A stretch of 64,000 nucleotides of DNA, from positions 64,001 through 128,000 of the forward strand of contig JAYFMW010000028.1 of NCBI GenBank assembly GCA_042408215.1, read 5' to 3'. A program made the position numbers and the translations under genes. Positions 1 through 12,300 of this stretch are shown here, piece by piece; positions within the stretch are counted from its first letter, which is position 1, and every line of letters begins with the position of its first letter. Origin of the DNA: Microcoleus sp. GTDB lineage: Bacteria > Cyanobacteriota > Cyanobacteriia > Cyanobacteriales > Microcoleaceae. The notes below the pieces were generated by a model, which worked only from the letters and a program-made list of their open reading frames with translations, made no database searches and was not told the origin of the DNA.

Positions 1-2
1 TG

Positions 3-1037
3 CAAGATTGCGTATCTCAACCCAAACAAATTCGGGTGCTTTTAGATCCAAAACACACTACAGCAGGCACGCATCAGTTAATAATCGATCGCCAATCTGC
101 AACTGAGAGTAATATTGAAATAGTCTTTGAAGCAAATCCCATCGAAGGGATGAAAGCTCGAAAAAACCCAGTAGAAATCGAGCAGATGAAATCCGCCAAC
201 TTCAAAGCAAGTAAAGCCAAAACTTTTACCTTAAAGTGGTTGACAGAACAGTTAGAAAATGGTAATATATTGACAGAATTTGATGTCAAAGAAACCGTCG
301 AAAGATTTTATCAGGAAGAAACAGACTTTCAGACTTTAAGTTTTAGAACGATCGCCGGTGCGGGAGTAAATAGCTCGATCGTCCATTACGGAACCCCAAG
401 CCCTGAAATCACGTTAAAACCGGGGGAATTCCTGTTACTGGATTCAGGATCGCAATATTTGGGAGGTACAACCGATGATACTAGAACTGTGATTATAGGG
501 GAACCAACGGCGCTACAAATCGAACACTACACGACAGTTTTAATCGCACATATTAGCTGTGCAATGCAGCAATTTCCCAAGGGAACAATGGGAGTGCAAT
601 TAGATGCGATCGCCCGATCGATATTATGGCAAGAACAGCTAGACTACGGACACGGTACTGGGCACGGAGTCGGGGCATTTTTAGCCGTTCACGAAGGGCC
701 AAACGGCATCAGCAAATCGGTGCAATATGCCCTAGAACCGGGAATGGTAACTAGCATAGAACCGGGATATTATCAACCGGGATGGGGCGGAATTCGGATC
801 GAAAATCTCTATGTTGTCATAGAAATGCCGTCAAAGAATGATACAGTTTGGTACGGATTTGAACCGTTGACGTATATTCCGTTTGACCGAAAGTTGATTA
901 ATGCCGATCGCCTGTCAAAGACTCAACTCGCATGGTTAAATAATTATCATGGTGCTGTAGTCGAGAAATTGGGAAGTGCGATCGATTCAGCAACCCTGGA
1001 GTGGTTGAAAACAGTCGCCGCACCTTGTGTGAACTAA
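3..1037 (+). CDS. Xaa-Pro aminopeptidase (peptidase M24B), 5'-truncated by window edge
   Basis: M24 motifs LLDSGSQYLGGTTDDTRT, YGHGTGHGVGAFLAVHEGP, SIEPGYY, GIRIEN; frame is open from position 3. Confidence 0.92.
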   Translation, partial: QDCVSQPKQIRVLLDPKHTTAGTHQLIIDRQSATESNIEIVFEANPIEGMKARKNPVEIEQMKSANFKASKAKTFTLKWLTEQLENGNILTEFDVKETVERFYQEETDFQTLSFRTIAGAGVNSSIVHYGTPSPEITLKPGEFLLLDSGSQYLGGTTDDTRTVIIGEPTALQIEHYTTVLIAHISCAMQQFPKGTMGVQLDAIARSILWQEQLDYGHGTGHGVGAFLAVHEGPNGISKSVQYALEPGMVTSIEPGYYQPGWGGIRIENLYVVIEMPSKNDTVWYGFEPLTYIPFDRKLINADRLSKTQLAWLNNYHGAVVEKLGSAIDSATLEWLKTVAAPCVN

Positions 1038-1060
1038 GTTAAGCTGAAAAACAAAAAACC

Positions 1061-1095
1061 TAAATCCCCGATTTCTCTAAAAAATCGGGGATTTA
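1061..1095. terminator. Stem-loop of the dispersed CCCGA(C/T)TTCT..AGAAGTCGGG palindrome family; possible terminator
   Basis: taaatccccgattt...aaatcggggattta inverted repeat; related copies at ~8965-8995, 40301-40331, 59811-59836, all downstream of genes. Confidence 0.6.
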
Positions 1096-1116
1096 AGATC
1101 AAAATATTTAGAGTAA

Positions 1117-1189
1117 AGCTGGTGACAGGATTTGAACCTGCGACAGGCTGATTACAAATCAGCTACTCTACCAACTGAGTTACACCAGC
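1117..1189 (-). tRNA. trnT: tRNA-Thr(TGT)
   Basis: Reverse complement GCTGGTGTAACTCAGTTGGTAGAGTAGCTGATTTGTAATCAGCCTGTCGCAGGTTCAAATCCTGTCACCAGCT folds as a cloverleaf with anticodon TGT. Confidence 0.96.
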
Positions 1190-1323
1190 AACAAAAACAA
1201 ATATAGCAAACATATAGTCATTAGCGCAACCCCCCCAGCAAAGTTTTTTTTCAAAATCCCCCAAAAGCCCTCACCGCAAGGGCAAAACCGGAATTATCCT
1301 CGTCTGAGCAACTGCCCAATGCC

Positions 1324-1554
1324 CAATGTTGTCAACTTAACTTCAAGCCCAATCACAGACTGCTGTTTGACTATTAAGGCCAGATCCCCCCGCATTCTTG
1401 CCCCCTACTCCCCCTTAAGAAGGGGAGTAGGGGAGTAGGGGGTGTGGGACAAGAATCCGCTCAAAGTCCCCCTTCTTAAGGGGGATTTAGGGGGATCTAG
1501 ACTTAGCTAAAAGCGAGATTTATCAATGGTTTTAGGCTTAAGTTGACACCACTG
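1324..1554. mobile_element. MITE with 17-bp imperfect TIRs and 9-bp near-TSD
   Basis: caatgttgtcaacttaa...ttaagttgacaccactg flanked by cccaatgcc/cccaatgac; same TIR at 46330/48926 and ~27972. Confidence 0.7.
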
Positions 1555-1591
1555 CCCAATGACTAATGACTAATGACTAATGACTAATGAC

Positions 1592-3751
1592 TTAATCACA
1601 GCGCCAAATCTTAATCGTCTCATCCGCACTACCACTGACAAGTATATTGCCCAAAGGGGCGATCGCCACCGAATACACCGTACCCAAATGCCCCTTAAGA
1701 GTGCTCAACAACTCCCCCGTCAACAAATTCCAAATCTTAATCGTATTATCATCGCAGCCACTAGCCAAAGTCAAACCATCCAGACTAATAGCAACCGAAT
1801 CTCCCCGACTCACATAATTCTGCAAAATATGCACAGCCTCATTAGTTCCTAAACTCGTCACACCATTTTCCCGGCTAGAATTAGAATTTAAAATCCGCAA
1901 CAAACTGCCCGTCTGCAAATTCCGCAACTTAATCGTATAATCATTACTTACGCTAGCAAGAATCTTGCCATCCGGCCCGATCGCCACAGAATTCACCCCA
2001 ACATTCAACCCCGAAAGAGTCCGCAGCAACTTACCACTTTCCACATCCCAAACCTTACTCGTCGCATCCGAACTCCCGCTAGCCAAAATTTTACCATCCG
2101 GGCTAAAAACCACCGCATTCACATTATCCGAATGACCCCTCAAAGTCCGCAGCAACTCCCCCGTCCGCAAATTCCAAAGCTTAATAGTATTATCAGCCCC
2201 ACCACAGCTAGCAATTCCCAGCCCATTCGGGCTAATCGCCACCGAATTCACCTCCATAGAATGTCCCGGAAAAGTACACAGCAACTCCCCACTATGCAAA
2301 TTCCAAAACTTAATTGTTTCGTCCGAACTGCCGCTGGCTAGCATTTGCCCATCGCCACTAATAGCCACCGAATTTACCCGATCCGAATGTCCAGTCAGAG
2401 TGCTAATTAATTCCCCTGTTTCTAACTTCCAAATTTTAATAGTTTTATCCCAACTACCGCTAGCCAAAATTTTCCCATCAGGACTAATCGCCAGAGAATT
2501 AACAAACGATGAATGTCCCGGCAGGGTATGCACGCACCGCCATTTATGATTTTTAAACTTATAAGCTAATTCCTTTGCCCGCCGCGATGCCGCCGAGGCC
2601 TCTTCTCTACGTTTGAGTTCAGCCTCCTCCAAACGCTTGCGTTCCGCCTTAGCTTTAGCTTCTCGAAGTGCCAGCCGCCGCATCTCCCCCTGATAGGCTA
2701 TGCGCTGCTGTTGCTGAATCTCTTTGAGAGTTTCAATGTATGGTAATTCCCAATCTTGAGAAAACCATTCTTGAGCAAATTCAGCCTTTAAATTAAATAG
2801 CTGAGGTTCGTGAGTAAAATCAATATTAAGATAATACAAATCAGCTAAAAACGCAGCCAATAACTTGTGAATCGTCACAATTATCTGCCGAATAATCCGC
2901 AGGCTTACCTTTTCATCTTTTCCCTCCGCCTCCAACTGATGGTAAACTTCTTCCCAATTCCAAGGATGCATCGCAACTAAAGAAACACTTTGATTGATAA
3001 CTCCCCAAAACCCCACATGAAAATTTACTTCATAATCGCTGATATCGCTATACAATATAGCTGTCGGCACGGGAGACAACACAGTCTGTAACCGCTCCAC
3101 ATCAATATCAGAAATCGGCTTTTTGAAATAGTCTCCGTAAAACTGAACCGGACACAAATCTCCGTACTGAGGATAGTGTTGGTTTAAAAAAGCTCTCAAC
3201 TTACCAGGCAGCTCGATATTCAGATTGTGGCGAAAGGAATCGGGACAATCTTCGCTAATTTTTGCCGGAGCAACCAATAACAGCAATCGGTGCTGCTGCT
3301 GCTGCAAAATCTGTTCAGTTTCCTGCCTGCTCAAATTAGAAAACCAGTTATCTCGATCCCAAATAGTTTGAATTTCGCTCAGCTTAGCTCGAATTGCTTC
3401 TGCTTGAAACTCCCGCATTAATGCGCGACACAGCCGACTAATTGCCCGCCTGTCTCTCAAGTCTTCCGCCTTAATTCGATTAGCGCGTTCTTCTTGTACC
3501 CATTCTTCATTTATATTTGCGATCGCGATTAATTCTTCTTCTCTGACTTGCTGTCGCTGCAAATATTTAACCTGTGCTTTAATCCAGCGGGGGTCTTTTT
3601 TGATTTGTTGATTCAGAGTTGAAGAACCAGATGGCTCAATTTCTGCAAAGCGTTCGTTGACAGCGCTTGCTCCCAATCTTTCTCCCAATTCGCTGGCAAT
3701 CGGCTTCAACAGTTCAATTAGGGCGTCTGAGATGGGGCGGGATAAGGACAT
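1592..3751 (-). CDS. WD40-repeat protein with uncharacterised N-terminal and coiled-coil region
   Basis: About 7 GH..V.S.A.SPDG..LASGS.D.TIK.W repeats in the C-terminal half. Confidence 0.9.
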   Translation of the reverse strand: MSLSRPISDALIELLKPIASELGERLGASAVNERFAEIEPSGSSTLNQQIKKDPRWIKAQVKYLQRQQVREEELIAIANINEEWVQEERANRIKAEDLRDRRAISRLCRALMREFQAEAIRAKLSEIQTIWDRDNWFSNLSRQETEQILQQQQHRLLLLVAPAKISEDCPDSFRHNLNIELPGKLRAFLNQHYPQYGDLCPVQFYGDYFKKPISDIDVERLQTVLSPVPTAILYSDISDYEVNFHVGFWGVINQSVSLVAMHPWNWEEVYHQLEAEGKDEKVSLRIIRQIIVTIHKLLAAFLADLYYLNIDFTHEPQLFNLKAEFAQEWFSQDWELPYIETLKEIQQQQRIAYQGEMRRLALREAKAKAERKRLEEAELKRREEASAASRRAKELAYKFKNHKWRCVHTLPGHSSFVNSLAISPDGKILASGSWDKTIKIWKLETGELISTLTGHSDRVNSVAISGDGQMLASGSSDETIKFWNLHSGELLCTFPGHSMEVNSVAISPNGLGIASCGGADNTIKLWNLRTGELLRTLRGHSDNVNAVVFSPDGKILASGSSDATSKVWDVESGKLLRTLSGLNVGVNSVAIGPDGKILASVSNDYTIKLRNLQTGSLLRILNSNSSRENGVTSLGTNEAVHILQNYVSRGDSVAISLDGLTLASGCDDNTIKIWNLLTGELLSTLKGHLGTVYSVAIAPLGNILVSGSADETIKIWRCD

Positions 3752-4107
3752 AAGTTGCTACGCATATAAAATGATTGCTGGGGGAAAGAAATGTGCGACA
3801 GCTTAAAACTTAAAATTTTTTCTGACTGGGCTCTTGATTTTTGGCATCGCCTTTGGATTTAACCGATCGCACAGCCCCACCTGGTTAGCCACAGCTTAAA
3901 TTAATAGTTCAAATATTCTTTACATTTTACCGTGAATCTGCCTACACAGCACCGAGAAAAGAGACTCAGGCATATTCGATCGCCCCTGGGTCAAGCAAAT
4001 TTATTTTCCTATTGTCATTTTACTCACTCTTGTATATAATAGTATCTCACACGGCAATTACGGTATTCCGACCTAATAACCGTACTTTAAGTAAAGGAAC
4101 AAATATA

Positions 4108-5256
4108 ATGAGCCTGTGGGAACACCTAACTCAACGTCTTCGCTGGTCACAAAAGCAGCCAGTTGGCAAAACTCAATTATTGACTTCGCTTAAAAGCTTT
4201 GTGTCGCTATTTTTACTGGGAATCACATTAAGTGTAGCCGTGGCATCCTGCGGCACCAGCAGCACCAACAATCCCGCAGCAACTCCAGGCGGAGCATCTA
4301 CCCCAACCGCAAACAAAAGCAACGTAGAATTAACCCTCGTTTCCTTCGCCGTCACCAAAGCCGCCCACGAAGCCATAATTCCCAAATTCGTAGCACAATG
4401 GCAAAAAGAAAAAGGCCAAACCGTCACCTTCAACCAAAGCTACGGCGGTTCCGGTTCCCAAACGAGAGCCGTAATTGACGGCTTAGAAGCAGACATCGTA
4501 CACCTAGCCCTCGCCCTCGACACTGCAAAAATCGAAAAAGCCGGACTCATTGATCCCGGCTGGGAAAAAGAAGCCCCCAACGAAGCCATAGTCAGCAAAT
4601 CCGTAGCAGCCATAGTCACCCGCGATGGTAATCCCAAAGGCATCAAAACCTGGGAAGATTTAGCCAAAGACGGAGTAAAAGTGATTACCGCCGATCCCAA
4701 AACATCAGGCGTTGCTCGCTGGAATTTCCTCGCACTTTGGGGATCGGTTCTCAAAACCGGAGGAGACGATACCAAAGCATTAGACTTTACTAGCAAAGTC
4801 TACAAAAACGTCCCCATCCTGACTAAAGATGCTCGCGAAGCCACCGACGTATTTTTCAAACAAGGCCAAGGCGATGCCTTAATCAACTACGAAAACGAGA
4901 TTATTTTGGCTGGTCAGAAAGGCGAAAAACCGACTTATACTATTCCAGAAGTCAATGTTTCGATCGACAATCCGATCGCCATTGTCGATAAAAACGTCAC
5001 CAAACACGGCACGAAGGAAGTCGCCGAAGCATTCGTCAAGTTTCTGTACACCCCAGAAGCTCAGCGAGAATTTGCCAAAGCAGGATTCCGCCCAGTAGAT
5101 GCAACAGTAGCCGCGGAACCAGAATTTGTCCAAAAATATCCCCCCATCAAAACCCTATTTACAGCTCAAGACTTAGGAGGTTGGGGAGAAATTCAGAAGA
5201 AATTCTTCGATGACGGAGCTGTTTTTGACAAAATTCAAGGTTCAATTAAACAGTAG
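4108..5256 (+). CDS. sbp: Sulfate ABC transporter substrate-binding protein
   Basis: QSYGGSGSQTRAVIDGLEAD, DPKTSGVARWNFLA, NYENE motifs; ATG at 4108 after aaggaa; followed by cysT/cysW. Confidence 0.93.
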   Translation: MSLWEHLTQRLRWSQKQPVGKTQLLTSLKSFVSLFLLGITLSVAVASCGTSSTNNPAATPGGASTPTANKSNVELTLVSFAVTKAAHEAIIPKFVAQWQKEKGQTVTFNQSYGGSGSQTRAVIDGLEADIVHLALALDTAKIEKAGLIDPGWEKEAPNEAIVSKSVAAIVTRDGNPKGIKTWEDLAKDGVKVITADPKTSGVARWNFLALWGSVLKTGGDDTKALDFTSKVYKNVPILTKDAREATDVFFKQGQGDALINYENEIILAGQKGEKPTYTIPEVNVSIDNPIAIVDKNVTKHGTKEVAEAFVKFLYTPEAQREFAKAGFRPVDATVAAEPEFVQKYPPIKTLFTAQDLGGWGEIQKKFFDDGAVFDKIQGSIKQ

Positions 5257-5286
5257 TCGAACAATCAGGACACGGTAGGAAGTAGG

Positions 5287-5518
5287 AAGTAGGTTGGGTA
5301 GAGCGATAGCGAAACCCAACACCTTACTTGAAATTAAGAGTTGGGTTTCGCTCTCGCCTCAACCCAACCTACAATTAATCTACAATTAATCGGGGTAGGG
5401 ACACGGCATTGCCGTCTCCTCTTACTTGAAATTAAGAGTTGGGTTTCGCTCTCGCCTCAACCCAACCTACAATTAATCTACAATTAATCGGGGTAGGGAC
5501 ACGGCATTGCCGTCTCCT
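5287..5518. repeat. GTAG-type REP palindromes with a 98-bp direct duplication
   Basis: gtaggttggg...gaaacccaac / gttgggtttc...cccaacctac pair; 5323-5420 repeated at 5421-5518. Confidence 0.75.
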
Positions 5519-5608
5519 CGTTATTATAAGGAGTGGAACCGCCGGAATTTATATGATTTGTAAAATCCGCCACTACAGCAATTATTCCCAATTCAAAGCT
5601 ATTCAATT

Positions 5609-6470
5609 ATGACTGTATCATCTCCAATCAATAACCCTCAATCTCTAATTCAGAATATCAAAAGGGCGATCGGCAAAATCACATTACCTTGGGGAATCAC
5701 CCTAGGCTACCTCAGCGTCATGCTGTTAGTTCCCAGTTACAGCAATGCTGCTGAAAGCCAGCACAGCAAACCCCGCCGAATTTTGGGCAATTGCCACCAG
5801 CCCGATCGCCCTTTCCGCCTACGATGTCACCTTCGTTACCGCATTAATTGCAGCATTAATTAACGGATTATTCGGCACATTAATTGCCTGGGTTTTAGTC
5901 CGCTACGACTTTCCCTTAAAACGGATTGTCGATGCAGTCGTCGATTTGCCCTTTGCACTACCCACATCCGTCGCAGGTTTAACTCTCGCCACAGTTTACA
6001 GCGATAACGGCTGGATAGGTTCACTTTTTGCACCCTTGGGAATCAAGATATCCTTTACTCGCTTGGGCGTAGGTATAGCGATGATATTTATTTCCTTACC
6101 ATTTATAGTTAGAACTGTACAGCCAGTTTTAAACGAGATGGAAAAAGACGTCGAAGAAGCAGCTTGGTGTTTAGGTGCTTCTAAATTTCAAACCTTCTGG
6201 CGAGTAGTTTTGCCGCCATTATTTCCGTCTATTTTAACCGGAGTTGCACTCGGATTTTCGCGAGCGGTTGGCGAGTACGGTTCTACTGTAATTGTCGCCT
6301 CTAACATACCGTTCAAAGATTTAATCGCGCCCGTATTAATTTTTCAAAGATTGGAACAGTACGACTATGCAGGAGCAACAGTTATCGGCACTGTCATGTT
6401 AGCTATTTCCTTAGCAATGCTGTTCGCAATTAATCTATTACAAGCATGGAGAAGACGCTATGACGGCTAA
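5609..6470 (+). CDS. cysT: Sulfate ABC permease CysT, split by a +1 frameshift at ~5733
   Basis: ORF 5609 gives the N-terminus (..[17 protein letters not shown]) and ORF 5745 the remainder ([21 protein letters not shown]); removing one C from gttcccagtt joins them. Confidence 0.88.
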
Positions 6471-7338
6471 GATAAATTCATCCACGGATTACAATTTCCC
6501 GCCCAGTGGTTCGACGCGGAGTCAGGAAAAAGCCTGGGTAAAACCAACTTTAATCGGAATTGCGATCGGCTATCTTGCACTTGTCTTATTTATCCCCGCC
6601 ATCAACGTTTTTTACCAAGCTTTCAAAAAAGGAGTTGAGCCATTTTTTGCTAACTTAACATCGCCAGATTTTCTGTCCGCAGCGCAACTTACCCTGCTGA
6701 TTACTCTGATAGTTGTGCCTGTAAATACAGTATTCGGTTTGTGTGCCGCCTGGGTAATTGGCCGCAACAAATTTCCCGGTCGCACGCTATTAATCAGCAT
6801 TTTAGACGTGCCATTTGCCATATCTCCCGTAGTTGCAGGTTTAATGATTGTACTGCTTTACGGTCGGCTGGGATGGTTCGGACCCTGGCTGGAAGCATTC
6901 AATATCAAGGTTATTTTTGCCGTCCCTGGAATGGTGCTGGCTACTGCTTTTGTCACCCTACCTTTTGTGGCTCGCGAAGTAATTCCTGTGTTGGAAGAAG
7001 TGGGAACAGATCAAGAAGAAGCAGCTAAAACTTTGGGAGCAAATGACTGGCAAATTTTCTGGAATGTCACACTTCCCAGTATTCGCTGGGGATTGCTTTA
7101 CGGAGTAATTTTGACTAATGCTAGAGCGATGGGAGAATTTGGAGCTGTTTCTGTGGTGTCGGGAAATATTGCCAAAAAAACGCAAACTTTGCCTCTATTT
7201 GTAGAGGATGCTTACAAGCAGTACGCGACGCAATCAGCATTTTCTGCGGCGGTAGTTCTCGGTTTGCTAGCAGTTGTCACCCTCGTGCTTAAGGAGATTT
7301 TGGAACGAAAAACTAGCATCAAGGAAGTTGACAGTTGA
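6460..7338 (+). CDS. cysW: Sulfate ABC permease CysW
   Basis: [36 protein letters not shown]; overlaps the cysT stop. Confidence 0.93.
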   Translation: MTAKINSSTDYNFPPSGSTRSQEKAWVKPTLIGIAIGYLALVLFIPAINVFYQAFKKGVEPFFANLTSPDFLSAAQLTLLITLIVVPVNTVFGLCAAWVIGRNKFPGRTLLISILDVPFAISPVVAGLMIVLLYGRLGWFGPWLEAFNIKVIFAVPGMVLATAFVTLPFVAREVIPVLEEVGTDQEEAAKTLGANDWQIFWNVTLPSIRWGLLYGVILTNARAMGEFGAVSVVSGNIAKKTQTLPLFVEDAYKQYATQSAFSAAVVLGLLAVVTLVLKEILERKTSIKEVDS

Positions 7339-7434
7339 CCGTTCACTGTTCACTGTTGACAGTTTATACCGCAGTTTCGATCCTCCTAATCCCCCTTAAG
7401 AAGGGAGTAGGGTATGAGTAGGGGTTGACTTTGA

Positions 7435-8396
7435 GAATACTCCTGTCCCCCCCTTGTTAAGGGGGGTTAGGGGGGATCGAATGGCCTATCGTCAAACAGT
7501 AGTACCTTGAATACTCCTGTCCCCCCCTTGTTAAGGGGGGTTAGGGGGGATCGGAGGGCCAATCGTCAAACAGTAGTACCTTGAATACTCCTGTCCCCCC
7601 CTTGTTAAGGGGGGTTAGGGGGGATCGGAGGGCCAATCGTCAAACAGTAGTACCTTGAATACTCCTGTCCCCCCCTTGTTAAGGGGGGTTAGGGGGGATC
7701 GGAGGGCCAATCGTCAAACAGTAGTACCTTGAATACTCCTGTCCCCCCCTTGTTAAGGGGGGTTAGGGGGGATCGAAGGGCCAATCGTCAAGCAGTAGTA
7801 CCTTGAATACTCCTGTCCCCCCCTTGTTAAGGGGGGTTAGGGGGGATCGGAGGGCCAATCGTCAAACAGTAGTACCTTGAATACTCCTGTCCCCCCCTTG
7901 TTAAGGGGGGTTAGGGGGGATCGGAGGGCCAATCGTCAAACAGTAGTACCTTGAATACTCCTGTCCCCCCCTTGTTAAGGGGGGTTAGGGGGGATCGAAG
8001 GGCCAATCGTCAAACAGTAGTACCTTGAATACTCCTGTCCCCCCCTTGTTAAGGGGGGTTAGGGGGGATCGGAGGGCCTATCGTCAAGCAGTAGTACCTT
8101 GAATACTCCTGTCCCCCCCTTGTTAAGGGGGGTTAGGGGGGATCGAAGGGCCTATCGTCAAGCAGTAGTACCTTGAATACTCCTGTCCCCCCCTTGTTAA
8201 GGGGGGTTAGGGGGGATCGAAGGGCCAATCGTCAAACAGTAGTACCTTGAATACTCCTGTCCCCCCCTTGTTAAGGGGGGTTAGGGGGGATCGAAGGGCC
8301 AATCGTCAAACAGTAGTACCTTGAATACTCCTGTCCCCCCCTTGTTAAGGGGGGTTAGGGGGGATCGAAGGGCTAATCGTCAAGCAGTAGTACCTT
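7435..8396. repeat. Tandem array of 13 x 74 bp containing the C7-TTGTTAA-G6-TTA-G6-ATC palindrome
   Basis: Units start at 7435, 7509, 7583 ... 8323; only a few polymorphic positions and no unique spacers. Confidence 0.95.
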
Positions 8397-8429
8397 ATCC
8401 CTGAAATAAGTAAACACTAGGAGGCTAAA

Positions 8430-8789
8430 ATGTTAGATCAAAATAGTAGCGAATCTCAATTTGAGTCGAACGACAATTTTCACAAAACCCAAGAATCAGA
8501 CATTCCCAAATCCGACAGCGGCGACACCAGACAAACTCAAACCCGCATTCGCATTCGCGTTCCTAAAGAATACCATCAGGAACCTGTAATTTCTAACCTG
8601 ATTTCTGAATACGGTTTGACGGTAAATTTTAATGCTGCTTTGTTGGGTGTAAAAACTTTAGATGATGGTTGGTTTGATTTGGAACTTAACGGTACTGCTA
8701 AACAGATTGAAAGTGCTCTGTTTTATCTCAACGATTTAGATGTGGAAATTTGGAGCAATTCCAATAATCCTGTTGAGGAAACTTGGTAA
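8430..8789 (+). CDS. NIL-domain protein
   Basis: RIRIRVPKEYHQEPVISNLISEYGLTVNFNAALLG...GWFDLEL pattern; GGAGG RBS; follows sulfate permeases. Confidence 0.8.
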   Translation: MLDQNSSESQFESNDNFHKTQESDIPKSDSGDTRQTQTRIRIRVPKEYHQEPVISNLISEYGLTVNFNAALLGVKTLDDGWFDLELNGTAKQIESALFYLNDLDVEIWSNSNNPVEETW

Positions 8790-8953
8790 TTGGTCATGGG
8801 TAATTGGTAATTGGTCATGGGTAATTGGTAATTGGTAATTGGTAATTGGTAATTGGTAATTGGTAATTGGTAATTGGTAATTGGTAGTAACTCACAATAA
8901 CTAATGACCAATAACTAATGAACGATGACCAATAACCAATAACTAATGACCAA
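8783..8953. repeat. STRR heptamer array (TTGGTAA)n followed by complementary-type (C(C/T)AAT(A/G)A)n
   Basis: Visible tandem heptamers. Confidence 0.9.
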
Positions 8954-9326
8954 TCGCTGTTAGATACCCGACTTCTTAAAGAAGTCGGGTATCTGGGTAT
9001 TCTGTTTTTTTAGCCGTTGCTCACTTGTTTTTAGTCTTGACATTTTTGATCGATTGTGGTAATAATTTTAATTTAAGAGCAGAAGCTGCGCGCAAGTATT
9101 ATCAAAGATTTTTGTAAAAGCCGGAACAATATCCCCCTTTCAGACTTCTAAGCAATCAAATTAAGTGATTTATTGTAGCAATGCACAAAAAAACCTTGCT
9201 GTCAATAGATAAGCATATGTGGAAGGAAGCACGGACGATCGCCCGATCGCACAGGAAAAAGGGCGATCGCTCCTACGCTTGGTTTGTGTTATCAATTTGA
9301 TGTGCGTGTACCAGAGGAATTAAATC

Positions 9327-12300
9327 ATGGAATTTGATAAAAAACGGAAACAACAGATAGTTTTTGTAGATCCAAAAGTTAAAGATTACCCAATTTTAAC
9401 AGAAAGCAACCATCCCAATACAAAAGTTATTGTTCTCAAGGGCGATCGCGACGGGATCGAGCAAATAGCAGAAACACTTAAACAGCGGAAAAACATTGCA
9501 GCCGTTCACATCCTGTCTCACGGTGCGGCAGCCAGCCTGCAAATCGGCGCAACAGAACTGAATCTGAGTAATATTGAAACTTATCGCGATCGCCTAGAAA
9601 CATGGTTTGCTTTACCGGCAGAGGAAAACTCGAACTCTCGAATTACAGCTAAACCCGAAATTCTACTTTATGGTTGCAACGTCGCCGCCACAGAAGCTGG
9701 TGTCGCTTTTGTGCAAAGGCTGAGTCAGCTCACGGGGGCGGAAGTTGCGGCTTCGGATAACTTGACTGGGAATGCAGCCTTGGGTGGAGACTGGGTGCTG
9801 GAAGTCACTACAGGGAACATAGAGACGGCTTTGGCATTTTCCGCAGAGGCGAGAGAGGTTTATAGCGGCGTACTGGGTGACTTGAACCAAACGACTGGCG
9901 ACTTTAACGGACTGGTAAATGCCATTAATGTTGCCAACATCAACACTGGTACTGACACTATCACCCTCACTGGGAATATCAACCTGACAGGGCTATTGCC
10001 GAGAATTACCGACACCACCACTATTGTTGGCGCCGGTTTCAAGATCACCGGGAGTCCCACTGCGCGAGCCTTTGTAGTTGATAACACCACATTTAACATC
10101 TCCAACCTCACCATTGATTCAGCAACAGCAGTAGGCAACTCAGGAACCACCGGTGGTGGTGGCGCTGCGGGCTTAGGTGGCGCACTTTTTATCAACAGCG
10201 GCACTGTCACCGTTGACAGAGTGACTTTTTCTAATAACTCTGCCTTGGGCGGTGCAGGTGTGGCTGGGAATGGTGGGAAGGGTGGTAGCGCGGATCTGGC
10301 TACTGTCTTTCGAGGCACAGCAGGGACAAATGGTAGAAATGGTAGAAATGGTCTAGCAAGTAATGGCGCTGCCGGTGGGGTTGGCGAAGATGGCGAGGCG
10401 GGGGGTGCTGGTACTGCTGGCGGTACTGGCGGTATTGGCGGCACTGGCGGTACTGGTGTTGGCGGCACAAACGGTGGTGCTGGTGGTATTGGTGGTGCTG
10501 GTGGTGCTGGTAGCGTTGTCGGTAGTGGCGGCGGTGGTGGTGGTGCCGGTGGCGTTGGCGGTGCTGCTGGTAGTGGTACTCAAGGTAATGGTGGTAATGG
10601 TGGTACTGGCGGTGCTGGCACCTTTGGTGGCGGCGGCGGTGCTGGCGGTGCTTTTGGTACAGGTGCGATCTCTGGTGCGATCGGCGCAGGCGGCCTAGGT
10701 GGCTTCGGCGGCGGCAGCGGTAGCGGTAATGGTGCGATCGCAGGCGGCACTTTTGGCGGTGCAGGTGCTATTGGTTTTGGCGGCGGCGGTGCTGGTTTAG
10801 GCGGCGCAATTTTTATCAACGGTGGCACATTCACCATGACCAACAGCACCCTGTATAGCAACACAGTGACGGGGGGTGCTTCCGGTGGTGGTGCCGCAAT
10901 TGCAGGTCAGGCAGCAGGTGGTGCCATTTTTGTCAACACTGGTGCTACAGCCACCCTGACTAACAACACGATCGCCTACAACACTGCCACAGCGGGAAAT
11001 GCGGGTGGCATCTACAACAATGGCGGTACAGTTACGGTCAAAAACACGATCGTCGCTGGCAATATTGCTACCACCAACACAGATGTTACCGGAGCATTCA
11101 CAGGGAACAACAACTTAATAGGAACTCTGACTGGTAGCACTGGTTTAGCTGCTACTGAGGACCTAACGGCACTGGGCGTTCCTGTGGCAAATGTATTAAA
11201 ACCAGCCACCGATGCCGGACTCAACGGCGCAACGGGTGTTCCTTTTACCCTTGCCCTAGTTGACAATAGCCCCGTAACTACCAGCAGCAACCCTGCAATT
11301 GGTGGCGGCGACCCAAGTATAACAACAGTGGGTGCGACAGCCTTTGACCAACGCGGCACAGGTTTCCCTCGGAAAATTGACAATACTATTCTTACTACTC
11401 CTAAGCCCAATATAGACATCGGTGCTTACGAGTATGGGCCTGTCGTCCAGGGTCAGAAATTCAACGACATAAACGGTGATAGCCTGCAAGGTGCCGCGGC
11501 GACTGAACCAGGTTTAGGCGGCTGGACTATTACCGCAGGTACTAAGACTGCTACTACCTCTGCTGTTGCTGCCACTCTCGGTCAATACACTCTCTACGAC
11601 ACTAAGGCAAATACTGCGATCGCAGAAACAGCACAAGCTGGTTGGACGCAGACTTTCCCTACCACTCCAACTACGATTGGTACTACCGATCTCTTTGATG
11701 CCACCGCCAATTTCGGCAACTTCCAGTTGATGACCATTAATGGTCTAATATTCGATGATAAAAACGGCAACGGAGTCCAAGACTCAGGAGATACCGGATT
11801 AGACAACATCCCGATCGACTTAATCAACTCCGTCACCGGAGCAACTATCAGCACCCAACCTACAACTGCCACTGGTGCTTACAGCTTCCCGAACCTAGGG
11901 CCGCTGACCGGCGGTGCTAGCTACCGCGTCCGGGAAGTCGTGCCGACAGACTCCACAAAAACCACAACCGATCCCGCCGACATCCCCCTCCAAAGCGGTC
12001 TAACTGTCGCTGTTCCAAACTTCGGTAACTTCAAAAAAATCACCATTAGCGGCACCAAATTCGAGGACAAAGACGGCAACGGTGCCCTAAATGGGGCCGA
12101 AGGAGCACCGGCAAATACTTGGGATATTCAGTTACTTAACGCCGCCGGTGCAGTAGCACAAACCAAAACTACAGATGCTACCGGCAACTACACCTTTACC
12201 GATGTTGGGCCCGGCACCTACACCCTAAAGGAAGTGGCACAGACTGGTTGGCAGTCAACTCTTGCCCCCGCTGGCAGCATCACTGCCACCAGCGGCGTCA

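Noticed and set aside
7435..8396. Possible CRISPR array
   Set aside because: Inter-palindrome segments are the same in every unit, so there are no unique spacers; no cas genes nearby.
8723..8911. 62-aa LPITNYQ ORF
   Set aside because: STRR translation artefact.
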